Shown here: positions 1-9,363 of the stretch, piece after piece | Layout: each line of letters begins with the position of its first letter | Numbering within the stretch: position 1 is the stretch's first letter | Source: an uncultured Candidatus Saccharibacteria bacterium | GTDB lineage: Bacteria > Patescibacteriota > Minisyncoccia > Phycocordibacterales > UBA2100 | NCBI GenBank assembly: GCA_964623775.1 | Contig: CAZUVH010000004.1 | Span: 12,280-76,279, forward strand | Direction: 5' to 3' | DNA: 64,000 nucleotides | Translations under genes and position numbers: made by a program | Notes under the pieces: generated by a model | Databases searched by the model: none | What the model saw: only the letters and a program-made list of their open reading frames with translations | Told to the model about the DNA's origin: nothing

Positions 1-181
1 TGATGAATCTCACGAAATTATTCTGTCCTGACATACTTGTGACTGTTGAGGAAAAGATATGCTCGACGGGGGAGCTCATGGCCGCGTGGATATCTGGATT
101 TTGACGCAAAATAGCAGCAAGAAGCGTCGACCCCGAGCGGGGCAATCCGGCGATAAAATACGTGTTCTTTGCCTGCGCCAT
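1..181 (-). CDS. Sulfotransferase, N-terminal part (runs off window start; missing from ORF track)
   Basis: Manual translation from ATG at 181: MAQAKNTYFIAGLPRSGSTLLAAILRQNPDIHAAMSSPVEHIF...; GLPRSGSTLL is the 5'-PAPS-binding loop. Directly downstream of sat/cysC. Confidence 0.85.
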   Translation of the reverse strand, partial: MAQAKNTYFIAGLPRSGSTLLAAILRQNPDIHAAMSSPVEHIFSSTVTSMSGQNNFVRFI

Positions 182-217
182 AGATGGGGCCAGTATACCT
201 TCTTGTCGCCCGGTTGT

Positions 218-1840
218 TTACAGTATCTTGAAAGCGCTGAGCTTCTTGAGGATGATGTTTGCAGCCTCAATCGCAGAAGTCTTGGTGGTATCCACTTTGA
301 TGTCGGGCGTATCGGGGATCTCGTATGGGTCGTCAATGCCAGTGAAGTTCTTGATGAGTCCCGCGCGGGCCTTCTTGTAAAGTCCTTTTGTGTCACGTTC
401 TTCGCAGACCTTGAGCGGAGTGTGTACAAATACCTCGATGTATTTTGCGTGCCTACCGATGAGTTTTTTGTTGGCGTCGCGCGCAACTTTATGAGGAGCG
501 ACAGCTGCGCAAATCGCGATACCGCCTGTTCGGGCTATCTTTTCAGCAATACTACCCATCCGCTTTACGTTGGTGATGCGGTCACGTCTACTAAAACCGA
601 GCTTTTTCTTGTAGTGAGCACGCACGACATCGCCATCAAGAAGCTGCACGTCTGGCAGTCTCATGTCGAGTAGTTTCTGATACACAATTCGAGCGATCGT
701 CGTCTTGCCTGCACAGGGAAGTCCCGATAAGAAGATTACAGCTCCACCACCCGGTTTCTTTACATTGCGCAGCTCGTGAATGACCTCGGGGAACGAGAAC
801 CACTCGGGGATCGGCTCTCCGTTCGCGAGCATCTCACGAAATTTTGTACCGGAGATGTGGAGCGGTGTATCATCCTGCTTGAGTTCGGACACGGCGACGT
901 ATTCTCCCCGTTTCTTTGCAAAGACCATTTCCGGCACGATCACGATATTGATTCCAAGTAGGTGCCCGGTTTTTTTTGCGAGTCGCTGAGCGGCATATGG
1001 CTCGTAAAATGGTTCCCCAAGGGAGTTTGCTCCAGGGCCGGCGTGGTCACGTCCGATGATAAAATGCGTGGCGCCATAATTCTTGCGAATCAATGCGTGC
1101 CAGACTGCTTCACGTGGCCCGGCCATTCTCATCGCTATCGGAAGAACCGCAAGGAGTGCGTCCTTACCGAAGTATTTTTTTACGACGTGTTTGTAACCGC
1201 GCACGCGCCGTACGTAATCGATATCACCCTCTTTCGTGAGTCCTGCGACAGGGTGGAGGAGGGCTTTTGCTCCCGTTTCGCGCATCGCCCGGCGGATTAC
1301 TTCGTAGTGGGCGCGATGGATCGGGTTGCGCGTCTGAAATGCCACGACTTTTTTCCATTTGCGTTTTTTAATTTCACTCTTGAGTTCGTCAGGCGAAAAA
1401 CGCAGTTCCTTGAAGTCGTATGAGTGCGTGCGCCCAATACGCTCAACAGGACCTCCGAGGTACACATTGTGTGTCTCCTCGAAAAGGTATCGCACGCCCG
1501 GGTGCTCAAGACTCTCGGTGCCGTATACACTTCTTGCCTCCAACTTCTTATCCGGCGTATACATGCTTTGTATGGTGAAAAAAGCGATCGGATAGCCGTA
1601 TGTATCGCACAGGACGAGGCATTCGCCGAGCGTATAGGAATCGCTCTCCGGCACATCGAGCACTATCGGCATCGGCCAGAGAGCGCCACTTTTGAGGCGC
1701 ATTCGTGCGACAACCGATCTATAGTCGCCCTCCTTCAAGAAACCTTTAAGGGGGGCAAATCCGCCGCAGAGGATTTGCTCCAAATCCAGCTTTTGTCGCT
1801 CGGTAAGTTGCAGTCGGCGGATATTGGTGGGCACGGACAT
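218..1840 (-). CDS. sat: Bifunctional sulfate adenylyltransferase / adenylylsulfate kinase (PAPS synthesis)
   Basis: FQTRNPIHRAH, MRMAGPREA and IIGRDHAG ATP-sulfurylase motifs; C-terminal GLPCAGKT, LLDGD, RDTKGLY, FTGIDDPYE APS kinase motifs. Start at 1840 (TATACT just upstream) or 1855. Confidence 0.95.
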   Translation of the reverse strand: MSVPTNIRRLQLTERQKLDLEQILCGGFAPLKGFLKEGDYRSVVARMRLKSGALWPMPIVLDVPESDSYTLGECLVLCDTYGYPIAFFTIQSMYTPDKKLEARSVYGTESLEHPGVRYLFEETHNVYLGGPVERIGRTHSYDFKELRFSPDELKSEIKKRKWKKVVAFQTRNPIHRAHYEVIRRAMRETGAKALLHPVAGLTKEGDIDYVRRVRGYKHVVKKYFGKDALLAVLPIAMRMAGPREAVWHALIRKNYGATHFIIGRDHAGPGANSLGEPFYEPYAAQRLAKKTGHLLGINIVIVPEMVFAKKRGEYVAVSELKQDDTPLHISGTKFREMLANGEPIPEWFSFPEVIHELRNVKKPGGGAVIFLSGLPCAGKTTIARIVYQKLLDMRLPDVQLLDGDVVRAHYKKKLGFSRRDRITNVKRMGSIAEKIARTGGIAICAAVAPHKVARDANKKLIGRHAKYIEVFVHTPLKVCEERDTKGLYKKARAGLIKNFTGIDDPYEIPDTPDIKVDTTKTSAIEAANIILKKLSAFKIL

Positions 1841-1855
1841 GTCGGCAGTATACAT

Positions 1856-2962
1856 TCAACGGATGTATCTCAGGCATTGTAAGCGCATGCTCATGTCCTC
1901 GACTGTGTTGCAAAATGCGCGCGCATCGGAATATTGACCACGACCAAAAGCTTTTTCCGACAAACCTATTATGCAAGAATCACGGTCGCTTCCCGCGGGG
2001 ATTTTTACGCAGGCATTTTTTGTGAGCATCTCATCGCTGTCGGTAAACGTGGGAGGATAATTAAAAAATCCTACACCCTCGAAACAGTACATGCGCGAAT
2101 CTCCAGTGAGGAGTCCGCATGTTTTTATGTTGATAGCATTGAGCTCGGCTTTGTCGGTGTCCGGAAAGCGATTTTGTAAAAGTCCTTGGAGAAAGATGTA
2201 ACATTGACGCTCATACGATGCGCCTATTGAGGAGCACGGATACGCAAGATCCCCGGCGGGGAGAGGGAGTATCGAGCTGCTGAATTGTAGGGAGAGTCCA
2301 GAATTGAAACTCTCCATGAATGCTCCCGATAGGCAATTCACGCGACCCCTTTCGTGCGGCGCAATTGCGTCACATGTATCGAGACTCTTTGGGAGATCCT
2401 TTAATTCGATGTAGATGATATGTCCGATACCGTGACAGATTGCATTTGATTGCAGGCAGTATTTCTCTCCAATCTGCATGAGCGACGAAATGTCGGTGTG
2501 CGCAATGTCCTCCTCGGCGTAGTCTTGTTTGAGTTCCGACAGAACTGCTTGGCCTATTGCGCCGTGCGTGCAGCCGTTGAAACAATCACTGGGGCACTCA
2601 TCAAGTGCCTCTTCGAGGTTTCCGGTTCTCTTTACTGTCTCTTGGCCAACGACGTGCGCGACTTGATGACAGTGCTGTGTGAGCACATATGATTTTGAGT
2701 CGGTATTCACCGCGGTCAATGAGAGAATTTCTCGCGGCGTGTTTTTCTTCATCATGTGTGAAATGACTGCGTGCAAACACGCACCGGTTTGCGCGTCACT
2801 CAACAATGGCGATTTTTTTTGATCGAAACAAGCAAGAAGGTCTTGCGGGTCGAGTGCGGCATCTTTTTGCGATACCTTTTTCACAACAAGTAACACGCAA
2901 GCAATACTTGCCACGCACACGAGTAAAATAATTACAGCCCTCAATACCTTTCCCAATTGCAT
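1856..2962 (-). CDS. Secreted/membrane-anchored Cys-His repeat protein
   Basis: N-terminal TM segment; CHQVAHVVG, CFNGCTHG, CHGIGH motifs; regularly spaced Cys. Start 2962 or 2983. Confidence 0.8.
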   Translation of the reverse strand: MQLGKVLRAVIILLVCVASIACVLLVVKKVSQKDAALDPQDLLACFDQKKSPLLSDAQTGACLHAVISHMMKKNTPREILSLTAVNTDSKSYVLTQHCHQVAHVVGQETVKRTGNLEEALDECPSDCFNGCTHGAIGQAVLSELKQDYAEEDIAHTDISSLMQIGEKYCLQSNAICHGIGHIIYIELKDLPKSLDTCDAIAPHERGRVNCLSGAFMESFNSGLSLQFSSSILPLPAGDLAYPCSSIGASYERQCYIFLQGLLQNRFPDTDKAELNAINIKTCGLLTGDSRMYCFEGVGFFNYPPTFTDSDEMLTKNACVKIPAGSDRDSCIIGLSEKAFGRGQYSDARAFCNTVEDMSMRLQCLRYIR

Positions 2963-3026
2963 ATTGCCCAAAAAGTGTACCACGCACGTATTGCAGAGGG
3001 TTGCGTGGCGGGAAAGTCAGCGCCGC

Positions 3027-4328
3027 TTACTTTTTCGTCGGAGCGGGAGTTTTTCCAAACAAACCATAGCTGTAGTCAGGAAACGATGTGCGCATGGTCT
3101 GGTAGTCGTTGAATTGCGCTAGACATTCGCTGACATGCGCCGCCGCATTGCACAGTCTGCCCGCTGCCCCGCTTGTGAAGGGCTTGCCGAAGTTTTGAAA
3201 CGCTATTCTATAACAGAGGCTCTTTTCATCGGCGCTTGAAATACTCGTGCAATAGACAAGTTGTTTTTTTGCCTGAGGGTCGTCAAGATGGAGCCGGTAC
3301 ACAACGCCAAGTATGCACGAATCGCGCGCGATCTTATCAGGAAGCTGGTCGCAAAGTGTCGCGAGATTCAGGGTCGGCCCCGGATTATCGTCCCGTACAG
3401 TCTCATACCTTGCGTAGCGAAAGCCGAAGCCTTCATAGCAGTATGACCGAGACGTGCCCGTGAACGTGTCGCAAACCGCTCTTGTCTCTTGCGTCTCTCT
3501 TGGGATGTCGCGGACACCGGCTTCCAAGTATTTTCCTATCCGATACAAAAAAAGATAGCGGAAACAGGAGCGCTGATAGGGTATCGCGATGTTGTGGCAC
3601 GAATTTGCGTACGTATCGGGTGTTTCCACCGCACGCGGTGAAGTTGTAGAAAGCAACGGGAGGAAAGACTCACCGAGCCCTGAGCCCTCCATGAAGACCC
3701 CGTCATAGCAATGGATTGGAAAGTTTCCGCTTATGGCGTCACACGCGACGAGTGATTTTTGAAAATTTTGGCTGTTGACGAAAAGAACATGTCCGATCCC
3801 GTGGCAGAGCGACGGTCCTGTGGCACAATATTTCGCACCGATTTCTTTGATGGTCTCGATGTCTGCGTGAGCAATATCGTCTGCATTCGCTTCTTGTGCC
3901 CCGAGATCATTGGTTGCCGCCGCAGCGACCACCCCATGAACGCACCCAGATCCACAAGCATAGGTACATTTTGAGAGCGCATCTTCCACGGAGCCTGACC
4001 GCGCGTATGTGCGTGTGCCGATTGTGTGAGCGATATCGTGACAATAGTCCGTGATAACTTTGTCAGATGTGGCGGATTTTATGTACGTCATGAGCGATGC
4101 CGTTGAATATGTCTTAAGAAGGCGATCTGTCGTTTCCTTCAGGCAGAGATAATCCGGAATCCGAATACCGCTCTCGCTCCTCGTGAAACAATTCACATAT
4201 ATTGCAGGAGAATTGTGCGCACGATCGTACCTCGTCCATGCCGTGTCGAGAAGAAAAAAAAGGAGTGCGCATATCGCGAAACACACTGAGACCGGAAAAA
4301 TGTACGCATTCAAACGTGTACGTATCAT
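3027..4328 (-). CDS. Secreted Cys-His repeat protein, paralog of 1856-2962
   Basis: CHDIAHTIG, CGSGCVHG, CHGIGH and DIAHxDI motifs shared with the neighbour. Confidence 0.8.
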   Translation of the reverse strand: MIRTRLNAYIFPVSVCFAICALLFFLLDTAWTRYDRAHNSPAIYVNCFTRSESGIRIPDYLCLKETTDRLLKTYSTASLMTYIKSATSDKVITDYCHDIAHTIGTRTYARSGSVEDALSKCTYACGSGCVHGVVAAAATNDLGAQEANADDIAHADIETIKEIGAKYCATGPSLCHGIGHVLFVNSQNFQKSLVACDAISGNFPIHCYDGVFMEGSGLGESFLPLLSTTSPRAVETPDTYANSCHNIAIPYQRSCFRYLFLYRIGKYLEAGVRDIPRETQETRAVCDTFTGTSRSYCYEGFGFRYARYETVRDDNPGPTLNLATLCDQLPDKIARDSCILGVVYRLHLDDPQAKKQLVYCTSISSADEKSLCYRIAFQNFGKPFTSGAAGRLCNAAAHVSECLAQFNDYQTMRTSFPDYSYGLFGKTPAPTKK

Positions 4329-4425
4329 GCCGAAAGAATATCACAATCGTTTTACGGTCACAGCGTGACGCCGATTTTCCGATCTGCTCCAAACAATCTT
4401 TTTTCGGCTGTGCTACCATGGCCGC

Positions 4426-4965
4426 ATGATTATTTTCGTGGGAGGTCTTCCGGGCGATGGTCGGAATTATCTCGCGAGCAGGCTTGCGCGAAGGCTGCAA
4501 TTACACCCGTACTCGAAACTCGTGAGCTTCCGGTACTCCTTGCCACCGCACGTGCGATGGATGCCGTACAGCGACACTTTTTCACAGCGCATGGTGCAAA
4601 AAACATCAATGGATTTTCCGCTCTTACTCAAAATGCATCCACGTACGATCATTACCCATGAAATTCACACGGCACGTGCCCGCGAGCTTCTGTTTGAGTC
4701 AGGGCGACGATTCGGGGACGTAATAATCGTATGGATCGAGACAGCCGACGAGCATGCAAGAGAACTTCTTCATCTTCAGACACTCGACGATATGCAAATA
4801 AAAAGGCGCCTACTGTTGCGTTCTGAGATGCAAAAGCAGCTACAGCCAATCACGGAGCCTCATATCGTATTCAAAAATACTGGAGCGCCGGAAGAATCCG
4901 CCGCGCGTTTTTGTGATGTCGTTCTAAACGAAATACACGTACTGGAATCCGCAACTGCAGAATAG
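4426..4965 (+). CDS. Degenerate P-loop kinase-like protein
   Basis: N-terminal IIFVGGLPGDGRNYLA resembles GxPGxGKS/T but lacks the catalytic Lys. Confidence 0.6.
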   Translation: MIIFVGGLPGDGRNYLASRLARRLQLHPYSKLVSFRYSLPPHVRWMPYSDTFSQRMVQKTSMDFPLLLKMHPRTIITHEIHTARARELLFESGRRFGDVIIVWIETADEHARELLHLQTLDDMQIKRRLLLRSEMQKQLQPITEPHIVFKNTGAPEESAARFCDVVLNEIHVLESATAE

Positions 4966-5102
4966 GTGATCGTGGCGGAGTCCAGGCGACGAGACACGCG
5001 GGGCGCGTTACAGGAATTCATTGACACTTAATGAATTCCATGTAATAATACTGCTTAGGGAAAGGTCCATGGCGGTCCTTGATCATGCAAAAAGGTGTAA
5101 CG

Positions 5103-5351
5103 ATGAAGTTTGTCATGCTCGCATCCATTCTGGTCTCTTCCTTCGTCGGTGGTACGGCTTCGGCCTGGGAGGGCAGTAAATGCGCGTTCCCGGGAGCCCC
5201 CGCGAAGGGAGAGCTCAGGTACAAGACGCGCATTGTCATCCCAGTCGATCTGAGCGTCTGCCCCTCAGGGCGGGTGACAATCGTCGGCGGACGAGCTGCT
5301 CCCAACGGGCGCATACTCAATATGCGCACGTGCTCGTGCGTGGGGAAATAA
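5103..5351 (+). CDS. Small secreted Cys-containing protein
   Basis: Signal peptide MKFVMLASILVSSFVGGTASA, 4 Cys, followed by a terminator. Confidence 0.65.
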   Translation: MKFVMLASILVSSFVGGTASAWEGSKCAFPGAPAKGELRYKTRIVIPVDLSVCPSGRVTIVGGRAAPNGRILNMRTCSCVGK

Positions 5352-5358
5352 AATCGAT

Positions 5359-5393
5359 AAGGTCCGACAACGCGCGTTGTCGGGCCTTTTTTT
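5359..5393 (+). terminator. Intrinsic terminator
   Basis: AAGGTCCGACAACG...CGTTGTCGGGCCTT hairpin followed by a T-tract. Confidence 0.8.
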
Positions 5394-5474
5394 ACAATGC
5401 AAATACGCTGGCATGCGCAGACGCGGCTATCCCAATCTCTCTAGACGAGTCTTTGTGCGGACTTCCTAAGTAAC

Positions 5475-5681
5475 CTAACGAGCATCGTTACCGTTTTGGT
5501 TTTTGTATTCTCGCCAAAGATTTACCAGCAGCACGAGCGCTGTAATGATCCACGCTGAAATCCAAAGATCGGTCACTATCGTAATGTGAGTATCCAAAAA
5601 TTGCTGCAAAGGATCAAGACGTGTCGGCATATGACCCGCCAGTTCTTTCAATACAATGAGAGGTGGTGTGGAACTCGACAT
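5475..5681 (-). CDS. Small single-TM protein co-oriented with the HTTM gene
   Basis: 68 aa with one hydrophobic helix, 8 nt after the HTTM stop. Confidence 0.65.
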   Translation of the reverse strand: MSSSTPPLIVLKELAGHMPTRLDPLQQFLDTHITIVTDLWISAWIITALVLLVNLWREYKNQNGNDAR

Positions 5682-5689
5682 ACAAAATA

Positions 5690-7060
5690 CTAATAGTGAT
5701 ACCAGTTCTGCACAGGGTAGCCAACAACTTTTGCCTCAGGCGGCACGAGTATCCAGGAATTGTGTGTGAATGGCGCGTAATCAATGTCGCACATATCCGC
5801 TTGTTCAACGATTCTGTAGAAAGGCCCGCCGTTTATTGAATGATCGAATTGCAGCGCTATTCGATGTATGTTCGGATTTTGCTTGCATTGGTTGCGCAGC
5901 TTCGACCACCATTCATACGGATCGCATCTATTCCAGGCTGTTCCCGATTCATACCGCATCTCCAGGGTGTTTTCCTTTGCGCCGAGCATTGTTGCGCGCT
6001 TCACGAGGCAATAGAAGCCGCCGCAAGGTGTTCCTTCTGAAACCTCGTAATCTCTATCAGGGTCTAATTTTTCGGATGTATACCTCGTCACGGTGGCAAT
6101 GCATTGATGATTTGCCTCAAACATAAACATGCCGTACCGATTTCCTTCGAGTGTGAGGTAGCGATCAGATGAGATACTGAACCCAAGCAGTTGAAAGAGC
6201 GCGACGATCACGACCAGACACCACCCCGCGATGGCGGCGCGCGTAAAAGGTGTCTTTGTGTGGCGGTACATCGGACCAAATAGAATAAGGAGAGGTGGGA
6301 GTGAGATCGAGGGGTAGTTATATATTACGAGGATCCCAGAATACAAATGAAAGAATACCGCAAATGCAAAACTGGCCCTTTGTAAAATCCAATTGCGCGA
6401 AAGCAAAAACCATGCGCCGACCACCTGCTCGAAAATGACGATGTTTGTCGCTATAGGGATGAGCCAATCAGGGAAAAGGGGAATACCGTCTACCAGGGAG
6501 CTAAAATATGTCCCCTCAATCCATGCGGGAGAGAATTTTACCGTAACCGACATGAAGTAGAATAATACGAACAGGAGTTTCAAAAAATATTCTTTGAAGG
6601 GAATGAAAAGAAGTGCCGCTGTGAGAAATATATGGTAGTAGTCGTACGGCCCCACATTGAGGTAATTGAGAGATAGCTCAAAAATTTTCCAAAGAAGAAG
6701 AAATAGCAAAAGCATGTGAGCGTGCACCCATTGTTTTCTCCACATGCAGTAGACGATAAGCAGCATGATTCCGTAGAGAGCCATGTACACTGTGGTGTGC
6801 GAATACCCGTACGGCAGCGCGTGTAATACGTAAAAATCGGCGCAGCTTTGGAAAAAAGGCCAGCACACGGCACCGGCATTGCGTGCGGCCTCTGCCGTGA
6901 TATTTGAGCGTATACTCCATACGAAGAATGTGACGAAAAAATAAAAAAGCATCGCTCCGAACATCCACTGGAGAACGATGCCGCTCTCAATTTCGTCGAT
7001 ACTGAAAATTTTCCGATATTTCGCCGCAAAAATTCGCCAATAGTGTCTGACCTTTCCCAT
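5690..7060 (-). CDS. HTTM-domain / vitamin K-dependent gamma-carboxylase-like membrane protein
   Basis: Multiple TM helices; FYFMSVTVKFSPAWIEG, FHLYS, EGNRYGMFMF and SINGGPFYRIV resemble HTTM/VKGC conserved blocks (recalled, not aligned). Confidence 0.65.
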   Translation of the reverse strand: MGKVRHYWRIFAAKYRKIFSIDEIESGIVLQWMFGAMLFYFFVTFFVWSIRSNITAEAARNAGAVCWPFFQSCADFYVLHALPYGYSHTTVYMALYGIMLLIVYCMWRKQWVHAHMLLLFLLLWKIFELSLNYLNVGPYDYYHIFLTAALLFIPFKEYFLKLLFVLFYFMSVTVKFSPAWIEGTYFSSLVDGIPLFPDWLIPIATNIVIFEQVVGAWFLLSRNWILQRASFAFAVFFHLYSGILVIYNYPSISLPPLLILFGPMYRHTKTPFTRAAIAGWCLVVIVALFQLLGFSISSDRYLTLEGNRYGMFMFEANHQCIATVTRYTSEKLDPDRDYEVSEGTPCGGFYCLVKRATMLGAKENTLEMRYESGTAWNRCDPYEWWSKLRNQCKQNPNIHRIALQFDHSINGGPFYRIVEQADMCDIDYAPFTHNSWILVPPEAKVVGYPVQNWYHY

Positions 7061-7062
7061 AG

Positions 7063-7815
7063 CTAATTTTCGGTAATTGTCGCTGTACCGGACAATGTAT
7101 CCTGTCGGCTACATACAGTGATGGCATGCAGCGCCTGTTCCTGCTCCTCTTCAAGGTCAAGAAGCTGTGCGACTTTTGCGTCATCAAAACCCGCATACGG
7201 CCGTACATTGAGGTCGAGCGCGGTGCCGACGAGTAATATATTTTCGCTCATATGGCCGGCTTCGAGGAGGGCGTGAAGGTAGGCAAGATTGCCGTACTTT
7301 GCGGATGAGCGTTTCCACACGCTGGTAAAAACGATCAAGCTTGAAACGGGAAGCGTCTCGGGGTGCTTGGCGACATCTTTCATATTAAAGCCAGCCGGAA
7401 GATCCCATAGCCGCTCAAGTGCGTGTTTCGTCGGATTGTAATGAAATACGGCAGGGGTTTGTGATTCCAATGCCGTTGAGATGAGATATGTCTCCACGGG
7501 ATAGAGTCCGCCGCCAGACGGGTAATTCCGGTTCATCACGCCTGCGCGCTTTCGCAGCGCGAGGCCAAGCAATGTCCCGAATGTTTCGAGCGAAACCGGA
7601 ATCGCGGGGTCCCCGGAAAAGGCAGAGCTTCGATGTTCGAGCACACTGTATAGCGTCGTTGTGATCTGCTCGGGGTCGGGAAGCGGGATAAGCGGCATGC
7701 GAGCGTATGTCTTGTGCTGCCCCCTCGGCACGTCTTCTGGGCGGTGGGTGGCGCCACGCCTCGTGAGGCGCGCACCTCGTAATTCTGCATGCAGGTGTGA
7801 TAAAAAGGATGTCAT
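7063..7815 (-). CDS. SagB/ThcOx-family FMN-dependent azoline dehydrogenase (copy 1)
   Basis: RNYPSGGGLYPVE, HYNP, KYG, LLEAGH motifs. True start MTSFLSHLH at 7815 overlaps the YcaO stop (ATGA), matching the paralog start. Confidence 0.9.
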   Translation of the reverse strand: MTSFLSHLHAELRGARLTRRGATHRPEDVPRGQHKTYARMPLIPLPDPEQITTTLYSVLEHRSSAFSGDPAIPVSLETFGTLLGLALRKRAGVMNRNYPSGGGLYPVETYLISTALESQTPAVFHYNPTKHALERLWDLPAGFNMKDVAKHPETLPVSSLIVFTSVWKRSSAKYGNLAYLHALLEAGHMSENILLVGTALDLNVRPYAGFDDAKVAQLLDLEEEQEQALHAITVCSRQDTLSGTATITEN

Positions 7816-9257
7816 GAAAATGGGTGAGGTCTCTCGGCGAAAGGTTTTTTCAAGGGAGTGTACCCGAGAGCCTTGGGAACCTCGTGCCAGCGCGCTCCGC
7901 CAAACTGCTGAATCCAATCCATAAGATACGTGGGTTGCAGCTGCGGGATGACGACCATTTCTATATGCAGAGAGGTAGGATTTTTCGCAGATGTGCCGAG
8001 CGAAACGGAAATGCACTCGAACTCATTTTTCCTGCACCATTGCGTGATTCGCTGCAATTGCTGCTCCTCATCATCGTTATCCCATTCTGAGTGCCCGATC
8101 TCGATTTCCTTTCCCTGAATCAGAAATTCAAGTTTTTTGGCATTTTCCGGAACGCTCCAATAGTATACGCGTTCGCGATGCCCGATCTTTTCGACGGGCG
8201 TACTGTTATCCCACGTATTTCCCTCCTCGAACCATGAGCGACAGAAGCGGCGTGCGCGTATCGCCTCGGTCGTCGCTTTTTCAATTGCATAGGGGAGTGA
8301 TCGATGCGCTTTAAGGCCGATCGAAAAACGGGGTGCGCCGCCACTCAGATCTTCGGTCACGACGGCCACTGCGTGAGTCGGCGCATCGGTGGGGAGCTGT
8401 ATGACATGTGTCTTGAGTCGGTATCTCTCGCATTTTGCGACGCTCCTTGCGAGCGACGGAGATTGAGCGCACAGGGGAGCGAGCGCAATGCGTGGGAGAG
8501 TCATCTGATTGAGCCACATGATCATGTACGCCTCGCGCTCGATCACTTCGAGCGCGCCAGCAAGTCTCGCTCCGGATTGTGTGCGCCATGTCGCGAGGCC
8601 GTTTGTATTTTGCTGTCGGATCACTGGCTCTTGTGCGCCTCCCGGCAAATTACGACGTCGTATACCGGCCACGACCTGTGCCGGTATATACACGCTGCCT
8701 CCGTGCACTAGCGAAGTGCCCTGGATCCAAAGATATTCCGCGTCGGGGCGCAGCTGTCGTTCTGGGTACTCCGCACGCTGCTCCTCCGAAAATCCAACAA
8801 TATCTTCCGGTGGAACAAAGAGCCCCAACTTTCCGATCTCGTCCTTCGTCGCACGCGTCGGATTCATAAAGTAGTCGTCCTGCGTCATCCAGATATATCG
8901 CTCAAGCGCCTCGGAAAGAGTGGCGTAGAGCGCATCTGCGTCACTTTCCCATGTGGTACCCCCAACCTGATGATTTGATTCGTTATTACAAACGGCAGTC
9001 CAGTTTCTCATGGGCGGCTCATCAGGGAAAAAGAGGCTCGTCTGACCGAATGATTTTATGACCCCGCTTTCTCTCAAGAGTGCGGCGAGTTGTAGCGGCT
9101 CGCGTAAATCTGGGCGGCCAAACGGGATTTTTTGTACGTCGAACATGACCCTCGCGCCGAGCCTGTTCTCGACATAGTTTGCGAATGCTGCGAGCGCCTT
9201 ATTTTTCAAGTCGGATCCAGTGAGTGTTTGGCTGAACGGCACTGCATCAAAAATCAT
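7812..9257 (-). CDS. YcaO-family cyclodehydratase (copy 1)
   Basis: EALERY, NTNGLA, LEVIERE motifs and C-terminal RPHPFS. Confidence 0.92.
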   Translation of the reverse strand: MIFDAVPFSQTLTGSDLKNKALAAFANYVENRLGARVMFDVQKIPFGRPDLREPLQLAALLRESGVIKSFGQTSLFFPDEPPMRNWTAVCNNESNHQVGGTTWESDADALYATLSEALERYIWMTQDDYFMNPTRATKDEIGKLGLFVPPEDIVGFSEEQRAEYPERQLRPDAEYLWIQGTSLVHGGSVYIPAQVVAGIRRRNLPGGAQEPVIRQQNTNGLATWRTQSGARLAGALEVIEREAYMIMWLNQMTLPRIALAPLCAQSPSLARSVAKCERYRLKTHVIQLPTDAPTHAVAVVTEDLSGGAPRFSIGLKAHRSLPYAIEKATTEAIRARRFCRSWFEEGNTWDNSTPVEKIGHRERVYYWSVPENAKKLEFLIQGKEIEIGHSEWDNDDEEQQLQRITQWCRKNEFECISVSLGTSAKNPTSLHIEMVVIPQLQPTYLMDWIQQFGGARWHEVPKALGYTPLKKPFAERPHPFS

Positions 9258-9363
9258 GCCAGCATCATAACAGTCCGAGGACCTCCATGAAAGTTCTCGG
9301 TCCTTATCCCCATTGGATTTCTTTGACAGTCGGATGGATCACCACAATAATGCATATACGTAT

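Noticed and set aside
7816-8016. N-terminal extensions of SagB-1, YcaO-2 (17589-17798), rplC, rplE and ndk in the ORF track
   Set aside because: They overlap neighbouring genes or promoters; paralog and family alignment give shorter starts.
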